Positions 27,001 to 37,749 of a DNA stretch of 64,000 bases are shown here, in pieces. Origin of the DNA: Bugula neritina. Lineage: Eukaryota > Animalia > Bryozoa. The stretch covers positions 23,869,504-23,933,503 of the forward strand of contig OZ037765.1 in the NCBI GenBank assembly GCA_964035545.1, written 5' to 3'. The notes below the pieces were generated by a model. It was not told the origin of the DNA, did not search any database, and was given only the letters and a program-made list of their open reading frames with translations. Position 1 is the first letter of the stretch. Each line of letters begins with the position of its first letter. Both the position numbers and the translations under genes were made by a program.

Positions 27001-28681
27001 AGGATTCAGCACAACTGAACAGTAAAAAACAAAACTTGTGAAAAATCAGATCCATAGAAATAAAATACGTAAATGCCTCAACTTCTTAAACATATTGGGT
27101 AATGTTACTGTTGCCAGTACAATTTATGCTAAAAGAATATCTTTTCACATTCTGAGCTGCAGATAAAAATGTCAGACAGAAAAATTTAAAACAGATAGCA
27201 TGATGGAGCATGAAATTGATAAGGAATACCCCAGCATAGGCAATTAGTGGGTGTACAATATGCTGAGAGGGTCCAGGTGATTTCCACAACCTAGTAAAAT
27301 GTTCTCATTAAGTTGAGCACCTGCTCAATCAAGCCACAACTTGAGACCATCTAAATCCTATTGGAAAGTGAAGGATGACTGCAGATGGTTTGCTTCAAAA
27401 CCAATCAACTAGTTACTAGAGCCTTCAGCAGCCACATTTCTCTCAGTGAGGAAGAGACAAAATGATGGAATAGCAGCAGTGCTAGTAGGTGCAGTGACAG
27501 CTAAGCAGTTGTATAATAGATGGAAATACTCAATGGAATCAGTCTGGAGATCACTAATTATTAAAATAATCTTCCAAATCTTGCCACAGTTCCTTGGGTA
27601 AGATGACATAAGATTGATAGCCTGTGGACATCAAAAGATGTTCATTATTACAGTAAAATATAATGTGCGGCTTCAATACCCTTCAATCAGCTGCTTTGCA
27701 TATTCTTGAAAAATTGCATTTTGGGTTGCGTCCACGTCAAACACTTTATCAAATGTAAAGGCTTTGTCGTTGCCAAGGACAACCTGGGGCTCTCCCACAG
27801 TCACTGAGGTGCATATTCTGCAGTTGTCTATCTTTTCCCGAGGCAACTGTGGCCTGATTCTACAACAACCAACAGATACTACAACTCTTCGCTACCTACC
27901 AGCACACTCTAGCGTTGCGGCACACTAACAGCACTTGGCTTGATAAGCTCAATAGCTAACAGTAGAAGAATTTGATACTGACTTGAAAAAAGATTGACAG
28001 TCCAGATGACACTTAAGGTTTATATTCCTTACACAATATACCAACACAATGGAGACTAATTGCTGCTAAAAGTTTACCAGAATATCACATAACAGGTTGA
28101 CTTGTGTAGGTTGATGGTGTTCAGTGACATATCAAGTGTGTGAGAAATATCTTAACATTATTTAGACACAGGCAAGGCCATTGGCATAGTAGTATAACTA
28201 TAAATCATACTGGTCACAGTTATCAGTGTACATTAGACATAGATTAGTATAACCTAGGTGAAACAAAAGTTAGGCAAAATATGCATTCACTGAAAGTCAG
28301 AAATTAAAATTATAATACATGGAGAGTATTGAAAACAAACTTAGCAGAATAATGGAAACAAAACAAGATTTTGCATACAATACTCTATTTAAATACACTC
28401 AAACTTTAAGCTGTAACATCCAGGTGTTACCTGACCTATGATGTAAGTACAAGTGGAACTCTTGATTTGTGATAGTAAAGTACACACACACTTGAGAATA
28501 TCAAGCTTTAATTGCAAAAATATACATTTTATGCAGAAAAGACCACAACTGCTTAATAAAAAACCAAACTTTTCCAGCAAGAAGCATATAAACACAACAT
28601 CACAACATAGTTAACAGCATTAAACTAAGCTACAAACCTGACTGCTACTCTAACACTGGAGTTCTCTTCAAAATCTGTCAT
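6091..28681 (-). CDS. KIF21: Kinesin-4 family KIF21A/B-like motor protein, 31 coding exons, about 1778 aa (motor domain - coiled coil - disordered linker - WD40 propeller)
   Basis: Motifs: VRVAVRIRP, AYGQTGSGKT (P-loop), [46 protein letters not shown], and C-terminal WD40 repeats. Phase-consistent GT-AG exons: 28638-28681, 27680-27859, 25004-25046, 23602-23937, 21113-21241, 20548-20709, 20348-20463, 19771-19966, 18665-18857, 18392-18539, 17825-17971, 17268-17443, 15905-16099, 15446-15645, 14971-15132, 14546-14734, 14197-14373, 13702-13821, 12960-13197, 12549-12609, 11226-11292, 10817-11141, 10414-10657, 9842-10120, 9260-9458, 9013-9121, 8209-8389, 7695-7859, 7126-7426, 6606-6805, 6091-6145 (ends [13 protein letters not shown]). 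Confidence 0.95.
7868..7958. repeat. Short degenerate intronic tandem repeat (about 21-bp unit tgtattacaacaactatatga)
   Basis: Two near-perfect copies and two decayed copies lie next to the acceptor of KIF21 exon 7695-7859. Confidence 0.6.
15151..15422. repeat. Intronic minisatellite, 22-bp unit ccagctatatactacataaca(a/t), about 12 copies
   Basis: Directly visible tandem array that fills almost the whole KIF21 intron 15133-15445. Confidence 0.95.
15664..15753. repeat. Perfect 22-bp inverted repeat around a 46-bp GC-richer spacer
   Basis: atattatcatatgatatcatat (15664-15685) is the exact reverse complement of atatgatatcatatgataatat (15732-15753). Confidence 0.85.
16430..16480 (-). CDS. Candidate 51-nt alternative cassette exon of KIF21 ([17 protein letters not shown])
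   Basis: Boundaries tattgcag|...gatg|gtaatc. It is phase 1-1 like the host intron (16100-17267), frame-preserving and stop-free, with UGCAUG and ACUAAC motifs nearby. Confidence 0.5.
25955..26629. mobile_element. MITE, PIF/Harbinger-like (675 bp, 40-bp TIRs, TAA target-site duplication)
   Basis: The left TIR cccctcattcacacttaccgtatcgtacgccgtaacagca (25955-25994) matches the reverse complement of 26590-26629 with 1 mismatch. TAA is present on both sides (25952-25954 and 26630-26632). There is no ORF inside. Confidence 0.9.
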
Positions 28682-29910
28682 GATGATTTTACTGGTGTAG
28701 AGAATTGGATACTGTCTGATTTGATTTTCTCATCATGTAAATACTTCAAAATTTTAATTGAGTTTATCCATGATTGCCTTGCCAATATGATCTAAAAAGT
28801 TGACTATAAATACTTAATTGATATATAAATAGTTGAATTCCGATGCTAATAGTTTATATTTATTAATAAACTTTTATTGCATGTCTACATCATAATATCT
28901 TGCAATCTAGAATGACAAGCTAAAAATTTTTAGTTTAGAATTTACAACGCATCAAACTAAGCTGAAAACTCCATTTTATGTTTACCAGCTCAGAGCTGCA
29001 AGAAAATGAAGCTGTACTATTAAACTCCACTAGGTTTAGGCTACATAAGTTTAAGTATAAATAAATAAAGCTTTTAGTTACTGGTCCCATTGTTATCTCA
29101 TGCTTAACATAACTGGGATAAGGCTTGGAATAGCTTACACTGCCACCTGATACTTTCTAAATTATTAGAAAACGCAGAATACCAATATTTTTTAATAAAA
29201 CTCATTGTTGATGCACATAATAGATATCTTCATGCTAAGTAGCTGAAGCTTTCCAATAGTGAGAGAAACAAGTGCTAGTATCTCACAACCAATAGTCTTT
29301 TGGAATGGAAGATTTAATGTCTATCTGTCTAAGCAAAAGGCAGATGGTTTACCCAATCCTATTTGCATCTTGGCAGAATTAAGTCAATTTCTTTCGCATA
29401 AAATGCACTCTCTAGTATTAACACATTACTGATTAAAGATTAGCTACTAATGTATCTATTAAATACTATAAAACTAAACACCTAGATATCCATTTTAGTC
29501 ACCAGTTCATTTACTAATATCCTAATATTTTAATATTATTAAATATGGCTATTTTGAATAAAAAATGAGCTAAGTAGTTTTTTCTTCAAATTTTATTTCA
29601 ATGAGTGAGCTGAAGCAGATGTGGTCGTATAAGGGGCAGACTTCAATTCTTGGCATTTGAAACCAATTCCCCCAAATGTTTAGGACTTAGTAAGATGAAA
29701 TTAAACTTGAAGAAAAAATATAAAGCTAAATCTAGGTAATATAATGAGTCAGGTATTTTTAGCCTATGTACAGAACTTTCAAGGCCTTTGCAAACTTCAT
29801 CTCACAGTCAATATCACTGTGGCTAATAAATTTCAAAACAGGACCGAATTCTCAACCTTTTCAGCTTTAGCCTTAGTAGTTAGTTGCTTTGATTGCATTG
29901 GAAAAACTTC

Positions 29911-29980
29911 TGCTCCACCAGGAATCAAACCTCATACTTCTGACTGGCAAGCCAGCATGCTAACTAATACACTACAGAGA
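29911..29980 (-). mobile_element. Degenerate tRNA-like repeat head (SINE-like or tRNA pseudogene)
   Basis: The minus strand reads tctctgtagtgtattagttagcatgctggcttgccagtcagaagtatgaggtttgattcctggtggagca, with A-box-like TAGTGTATTAG and B-box-like GGTTTGATTCC. The stems are imperfect, and it resembles 43056-43110. Confidence 0.55.
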
Positions 29981-31800
29981 CTACTGGGGAATCTCAACCC
30001 TACATGAATCATTAATAATTTAGTTCCTTCAACTACAACTGATTACCACTAGTAATTTACAGTCACTTACTGACACTGCCCACATCTATTGGCGATTAAA
30101 TGTTTGTAAGTCATAAGTACAGTAGTCAAGTATAGTTTCACTATTGTCGACTAGGTTAATGGTGCAATGACAACCAGTCAGTGTAACTGTGTAATACATC
30201 TAAACTAAATAAGATACAACTTTTGACACAATGAAAAAACCTATACAGTATACATTAACATCAGCATTAATGGTCCTGGACACTAACATTACATCAAAGT
30301 TGCAATGAATATACTGTTGAAGTTTTTCTTTTGAGTTTGACTGGCACAATATAATTATATGTGAATATCTGTTTTTTATTATGGTTGTGACAAGAAATAC
30401 CATTTATAAATATTATTTTATTAAAGTTTATTACTACTAGTACTAGTACTACGATTGCTATTAGCATTACTATTAGTATTAGTATTAGGTTACGCTTTTA
30501 CTTTTAGGATCTGGTATTAATCTTTCAATGTAAGTGTAATAGTAAAAGCAAAAGAATTCACCTAATTTTCAAACTCATTTACTGTTGCTGTTGGTCATAC
30601 TCATAGTGTATTAGACTATTACATCTACTGATCAATCAATAGCATCAAATTCAATGACCATCAGTATCAGTGCAAGAAAGATACTCATATTCATATTGTT
30701 AGCCATAACTATTGATAATATAAAATTAAAACTAAAAGACAGCTTACTTCTACTAGTACTTCTAGTCGGGTAGTCCTATAGCCTATAGGTACCTCTGGTG
30801 ATCTTCTTCTAGCATCAACAGTAGAACTAGAGGTAGCAGCCAAAAGCCGAAACACTAATACTTAAAGTTAATAGTAAAATAGTATTACTATTAGTTGTTG
30901 CCTGTTGGTAATCTTTATCTTAGAGTTGGTCGTTATTTCTTCTTGATTTATTTTTTTACAGTCAATTTTCACTTATATTTAGTTTTAAAGTTGCACTTGA
31001 ACTTTATTTTACATTTAACTTTAACCCCAAGATTCAATTTCAAAGAGAAAGTTAAACTTAAAATTCTATTTAGTATTTTTAATCTTTAATTTTAAAAATA
31101 AATTCAAGTTGGTTTTTTTCTAACTTTTTTGCAATAGCTTCCAAGCCTGGTGCAGTGTTAGGAACAAGAAATTGATAATTTGATAAGCTCAGTGTGCAAA
31201 AATACAGATATGTAACACCAAACCTCACTAAAGGATAGCATGAGACTGAGTTGCTACTACACTTCACTGGCTTACAGTAAATAATTAACATAACATTTAT
31301 ATTTATTGCAAATAACATGTGCGTGTAGGCTTTAATTTGTCGTAAACTGTGTATATAAATAACAACGTTACATGTACACACTTTTTACAAAATTTACGAG
31401 TTGGGCACAATCGATAGTTTTCGAAAAATGCTCTTTATTATTTTGGAGTTATTTACTTAAAATTAATTTAGTAATGAGAATACAACTTTGGTCTTGCTGC
31501 AAACGCATGCCTAGGCCCTAGGCTTTTTACACTGAGCTGGAAAAGTTCATTGGTATGGGCAATGAACTCAATAATTATTAACTGGAATGGGTACGATTGT
31601 ACTTTGTAATGCAACCTCGTTGCCGATTGGCTTTGTGAGCCCGAGCATGCTCTTTTTCTAGCGGGAGAAAATAGAGCCGGTCGTCCATCATTTCGATTGA
31701 GTGAATCTCACTTTTAAACTTTGTTTTTTGTCCTGCTTTATATCTGAAGCGACTATATTTTTATTTAATTGTGTTTTCTATCACCTCTACTTCGTTAAAC

Positions 31801-32520
31801 ATGTCGAATTCTCCGTATCCTAAGCAAACTAAGGGTCAAAGAAGCAAGACCACTGAGTCTCAGTGTTATGCATACAATTGCCGCAACTACCAGTACAGCA
31901 GTTACATAAAGACAAAAAAATCTCTTTTCACAAGTAAGTATATGGCTTTAGTTACAACAATCAGTGAAAGTAATACATGAACTAGCGTAACAGTAGGCTT
32001 AATAGTTGTGGTAGCGGTGCTGCTGCCTACTAGTAGTACTCTACTACTAGTACTACTACTACTACTACTAGTAGTACTAGTAGTAATACTAATACTAATA
32101 GCTAAGGCTAATGGCTAATGTTATACTTACAGTATCAGTATGATAGTACAACTACTACTACTACTGCTGCTACTACTACTACTAGCCTACTGCTACTACT
32201 ACTACTACTACTAGTACTAGCCTACTGCTACTACTAGTACTACTACTACTAGCCTACTGTTACTACTACTACTAGCCTACTACTACTACTAGCCTACTGC
32301 TACTACTAGCCTACTGCTACTACTACTACTAGCCTACTGCTACTACTAGCCTACTGCTACTACTACTACTAGCCTACTGCTACTACTACTACTACTACTA
32401 GCCTACTGCTACTACTAGTACTACTACTACTAGCCTACTGTTACTACTACTACTAGCCTACTGTTACTACTAGCCTACTGCTACTACTAGCCTACTGCTA
32501 CTACCACTACTAGCCTACTG

Positions 32521-32585
<65 letters not shown>

Positions 32586-34051
32586 ACTTCTACTACTAAC
32601 CTACTGCTACTACTACTACTAGCCTACTGCTACTACTACTACTAGTAAAGCGCTACTTTGGCAATGCAGTTATAATTGAGTGTTGAACTAATATCTTTAT
32701 TGTGTCATCTACTCAGGTGTCTCTTGCTACCCAGTTGCTGTCAGCTTCAGTGGCTGACTCACTAGATACGCTGAAACAGTTGGGACTCTCTAAATTCCAG
32801 CAGTGTGATGCTACCATCAACTTCATTAGGGTTTGTTACAGCTTTTGGTTTTATTTCTTTAAAATACTGTAACTGCAATCGTCCCATGTTCTGCTGATGT
32901 TACTTTTTCTGTAGCGAGTTGATCGGTTGTTTGACATCCTGAATAGTCGATCAGCAATAGCTAAAGGCTACAAGCAGCCTTTACATCTAAATGGTATCAG
33001 TGTCATCACTCCTTTTCTGAAAGATACACGGCAATATTTGCTAGGCCTAAAGAATAATGAAAAGATACCTCTGTACAAGACCAAAAGGTAAATTTCCTAT
33101 TACCATAGAAAGTGTTACTTGCTTATATTTCAGATCTAATATGTGCCTGTCCCTATTTGTGTTATTTGCAGACATGTTTGTATTACTGGACTTGTATGTG
33201 CCATTGACACAGTATTTGGGTTGGTGGAGAAACTGTTGGTGCCTAAAACGCTCGACTATCTGCTAATGTATAAATTTTCGCAAGACCATTTAGAGCTGTG
33301 GTATGCTATAGCTCTAAACTGCTATGCATGAAGCCCAGTCTGCATGCACTTATGTTAAGATGTTCATTTGTTCTCTTGCTCTCTTATCTCTTTCCTTCAG
33401 GTGTTCGGTTTTTCACTTTGCTTTGATAGGTGCAACTAAGATGGTCGGTTGGACCAACTGTGTTGAAAAGTGAATTTTTTTGCTTGAGCTTAGCGGTTGA
33501 AATGCACGCAATATGAAGTAAATTTTATTAACTTTTGAATACCAAGAGACAAAGATAATGAATTTTCAAAAATTTCCAAAACTGTGGTGTCAAAGCAATT
33601 GTGCATTTTTTAATTAAATGACTTTTTTGGCTTAATTGCATGCAAGGTTTTGCTTGTGTTCTAAAAAACATCATTTTTTCTGGGTAAACATAATCCAATC
33701 ATTAATTGTGAACAGGCAATTGATGTCCAAGCATTTTTTTAATATCTGTTCTAGGTGGATGGAATAATAACGCATCTGTAACTGGCTTTCAGTCTATCTT
33801 TAGAAAATTGGTGACCCGATGTGGTGTACATCCAGGCAACTCAGGAAATTCTAAGCCATTAGATAGCACAACTGTTATTCATGGAGACATCATTAGGCAT
33901 CGAAAATCATCATTTCTCCCTTTTAAATTTACTCATTGAAGTATATTATGACTTATTTCAGCACCACATTGCTAAACTAACAAATATTGCTATGCACAAA
34001 CTAAATTTCAGGCAATGTAGCAACAAAAGTGTACTGTTTAGAGGCCAGTAA
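31801..34051 (+). pseudogene. Spliced THAP9/P-transposase remnant (frameshifted, internally deleted)
   Basis: Exon 31801-31933 has CYAYNC followed, after a frameshift in an A-run, by ISFH(K)|gtaagt, which is the THAP domain start. Later exons read VSLATQLLSASVADSL..FQQCDATINFIR (about 32717-32830), RVDRLFDILNSR..KGYKQPL (about 32915-33087), YLLMYKFSQDHLEL (about 33170-33300), GGWNNN..FQSIFRKL..SGN (about 33755-33885) and a terminal HHIAKL..VLFRGQ* (about 33962-34051). The rest of THAP, the zipper and the N-terminal catalytic region are missing. Confidence 0.85.
32018..32646. repeat. Compound trinucleotide repeat (CTA)n/(CTG)n with higher-order unit agcctactg(cta)n
   Basis: Directly visible, including a pure CTG run at about 32535-32584. 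It lies inside the P-like element. Confidence 0.95.
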
Positions 34052-36261
34052 TAAGGATGTGGGTAATTAATCGTTTAGAAGTTATTACAACAGTATTTAT
34101 ATTATAACATTAGATGATAACAAATATTGTTATTGCAATATAATATTATTTTTTGTTTATTCTGTAATTCCATTTTAATCACTTATTGCTTTCAGATTAG
34201 CACTTGAAAACAGAATTTAAAACTTTGAAAGGTTTAAGGAAATCTGTTACTTGCCTGTGTTGTAAAGCTGTGTCTTACCACCGGTTTTTTTATATTATTT
34301 ATAAACTTTTATACTTGTTATCCTTACTGCCAGTGTTCATGTACTAAGGCTGAAATTTGCTTTGCTGTTGCTTTTCATTTAATTTTGACTAATGTGTTGA
34401 TCTAATCAATAAATATGTAATGCATTTGTTAGGTTATTAAAGTTATTATCATATATACTTGAGGTACATGCTTCATAAAATGATAATTAGTCATGAAATT
34501 ACAAATACCAAAAGTAAAATAAACAAAATAATTGGTTCCTGCTTCACATTGCTGAATTTTCATTATTTTTTAGTGTTTACCTCAATATATAAGCTCTAAT
34601 AGCTTGCATTTATAATGGATTTTACTACTACTGCGTGCAAAACAAGTAGGCGTGGTTAAGTTTTCCATGTTAAGGCGGAGCTAAACTATTTGGCCACGCT
34701 AAAACGTCCTTGGCCTCTCCAGGTCTATTCCAGCTCAGTGGGTATGGGTATTGTAATTTGTAGTGAGTCAAACTACACTACGTTTTCATAGTTTCCGAAA
34801 AGTTTGATAAAATTTCTTTTTAGGATTTCAGAAGGGTTGAAAATTGTAATTGATTTTTTTCTCCAGTGTTTCACTCAATATTACAGATCCTTGTCATGCA
34901 AAGTTCAAACAAAAATTTTTTACTATCATTGTTTTTATAGGATATTTAAAAATCTGAGCTATTGCAATTATGGCTAACTACAAGCGCTACTATTAGTATT
35001 AGTATAATCCAAACTAAAACTTATACTTATACTTATAGTTATACTTAGTACTTACACTTACAGTTACTCTTACAGTTAGTGTTACTGTCTTAGTCCTAGT
35101 CTATAAGTTATAGTTATAGTTATTTAATTCAAGTTTAAGTTAGGCTTTAAAGTTTAAAGTTAAGTTAAACTTAAAGTTAAATTTGCAAACTGCAAAAATA
35201 AAGTGTGGGAATTAAGATTATAAACACTCACAATTACTAAAGGTTATAGCATTAAGGCTTATGTTATTCATATTGTTAGACACAATGAACGAGTGTTGAA
35301 ATAAATATAACAGTTAGTCATAGTGTTACAGTCAATGTAACTATAAAACATATGTACTAGACTATGACTATGAGTATTACGCTTAAACTTCGACTTTTAG
35401 TTTTAGTTTCAGGTTGAGCTAAAGTCATAGTAATTGAGCAACTTTACTATGTTTGTGGGTAGTGGGTAGATGTAATCTTTGGTTTATACTAGCTATAGAT
35501 TTTTGACTAAAGGTAAATAAATGACTTGGGTTCGTATTTTAACTTTAGGTTTAACTTAAGTTTATTTGTTGTCTATGAGTTTTTATTTGTATATATCAGT
35601 ATAGTAACGTATTGGTATAATAATAATCTTCAAACTTTATTTATAATTATTGAATGCGACAGTTCCCTAAACAGTTCCCCAGAATTTCATATGTTTATTT
35701 AAATAAGTTTAAAATTATTGAATTTATTTTTGAAGTAAAATTAAACTGTTGATGTTTTTAAATTTGCTTCACCTTTTATTTTTAATCTTAGTTTTATTAG
35801 TTTTTATTTTTTACCAAATTAACTCATATAAATCAAAACACTCTTGTAACAACTGATAGCTTGATATTGTTGACACTGTAGTTATGGTTTTGAAATCAAT
35901 AGATATTATTGATCATTTATTTAAATTAGGCTTAAAGCTAATGCACCTACGATGGTAATAAAAATCAAACTGTGTTATTGAAGCAAGTTAACTTTCTTGT
36001 TGAAATCTACAGTTATGGCTGGTATAGAGTTGACATTTTTTGTTATTTATAGAATACCCAAGTATTGATGTTTTAGCATTTTATTCTTCTAAGCATCCAG
36101 ATGCCAAAAAATAACTTTAAGTTCTTCATTGCAGATTTGTTTAGCTCGAAACTAATTTATTAAGAGCTTGGTATTATCAAATCTCTACTTAAACAGTCTA
36201 TTTATTATCCACTGTTTCTTATTTTCTTCTGTTATAGGTAAGTTGATGTGATCTAAAAATC

Positions 36262-37749
36262 ATGAGCTACTTGCCAGGTACCGCTAGCTTAATCAATGAA
36301 ATAGACAGTAAGTAGCTTTAAATATTTTTTGAATTAATTCTGATGACTGATGTAGTGTTGGTATCTTTTTAAAACTGCCAAATTTAGTGCATAAAAGGTA
36401 GTAGTAAACAGTGTTGACCATATTTAATAGTTAGTTTGTTAAAAACCTGCTCTAAACTAAAATAATGTAGTTTGCATTTACTTTAGTTTTGAGTAACTCA
36501 TTTTGTAACATACATGTAGGTCATTTAACAGTCTGCAATTACTGTACTTATTTGAAAACAATTTTTTTAATTGGCATATATTAAACTTCTTGAAGTATTT
36601 TTAAATTAAGATTGCTGTTTATTATTGAAAGTGTCTATATGAGGACCTTATACCTAATGTGTTTCTGTAAATATAAACTTAAAACATGGTTATGGAACAA
36701 TGAAGGACAAACAGCGTTTATTGTAAAATACTTTTTTGATTTTGCTATACATTTGTTAATGAGGGAGTTTGTTGCTAGTTGGGACTTTTGTTTACTTCTT
36801 TTTTCTAAAGCTATCTTACCATTATCGATGCTGAATATTTTAGAGAGGTTGCTAATAGTGCTGAGAGATGGCAGGACATTAATTGGATACCTTCGAACAA
36901 TTGATCAATTTGGTAAATTTTAAACTTTATGTTAAAATATGATTTTAGTTTGAGTATATTTGTTTTTGTCAGTTAAAAATACTTATAAAAGTTCTTTGCA
37001 ATTTTCTGCAGCAAACCTCGTTCTACACCAAACAATTGAGCGAATACACGTAGACAAGCAATATGGAGATATTCCTAGAGGGATATTCATCATAAGGGGA
37101 GAAAATGTCATCTTGTTAGGCGAAGTGGTAAGCAGATTTATAGTTGCTCTAGAATATTATATATTTTAATAGAACATTATTTACAGTTGACTTTAAACCT
37201 TTTACAAGCTTTGATGAAAAGTATTAATATGTTGACATTATTTTATATTTTTATTGGGCTAATACAAAATAATCAACTATCTTGGAGAGCTTTTTTAATT
37301 TAGCTATAATTTTTTATTTGAACATAAAAATGAAGCACTTTGTCAAAAGATGTTTTCTGAAGCTTGCCTCATTTAAAAATTATTTATTTAAGTTTTTCTG
37401 GCTGTCCACTTTTTCTGAGTTATGTATGATCATACCAAGAAATGTGGTAAATTTATTTTCGGTATAAATAATATAGTATTACAAGTTCTATTTTTTCATT
37501 ACAAAGAGATCAATTTAAAGATTTTTCTTTAAAAATGTTGGTACCATGTATAGGCTTTCTTTTGCTTTTCATTAGGATGATGAAAAATTTAAAAATTCTG
37601 GGCTGGAAGAGGCACCGATTGATGAAGTGTTAGAAAAACAAAGGTCACTACAACTGCAAAAACAAAAAGAAATAGAGGAAAAAAGAAAAGCATTACGAGA
37701 AAGAGGCTTGGAACCCAGTCATTTAGAATCAATACAGGAAGATTTCTAA
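36262..37749 (+). CDS. LSM1: U6 snRNA-associated Sm-like protein LSm1 (mRNA decapping activator), 4 exons, 134 aa
   Basis: Exons 36262-36307, 36844-36912, 37012-37127 and 37576-37749 join in frame: MSYLPGTASLINEIDKRLLIVLRDGRTLIGYLRTIDQFANLVLHQTIERIHVDKQYGDIPRGIFIIRGENVILLGEV...IQEDF*. AATAAA occurs downstream at about 37780 and 37888. Confidence 0.97.

Larger units (their letters stand above)
31530..34740 (+). mobile_element. Internally deleted P-element/THAP9-like DNA transposon (non-autonomous)
   Basis: TIRs start with CA: cactgagctggaaaag (31530-) versus ctattccagctcagtg (-34740), 16 bp with 1 mismatch. They enclose THAP and P-transposase exon remnants. No target-site duplication is recognisable. 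Confidence 0.85.

Noticed and set aside
29911-29980. Functional tRNA gene (also 43056-43110 and 47838-47910)
   Set aside because: Acceptor and T stems do not pair properly or are truncated, and one copy continues into a SINE body. They are treated as tRNA-derived repeats; tRNAscan-SE would settle it.
31522-34748. 8-bp target-site duplication for the P-like element
   Set aside because: The flanks (gcttttta versus ggtatggg) do not match, so no TSD is claimed.
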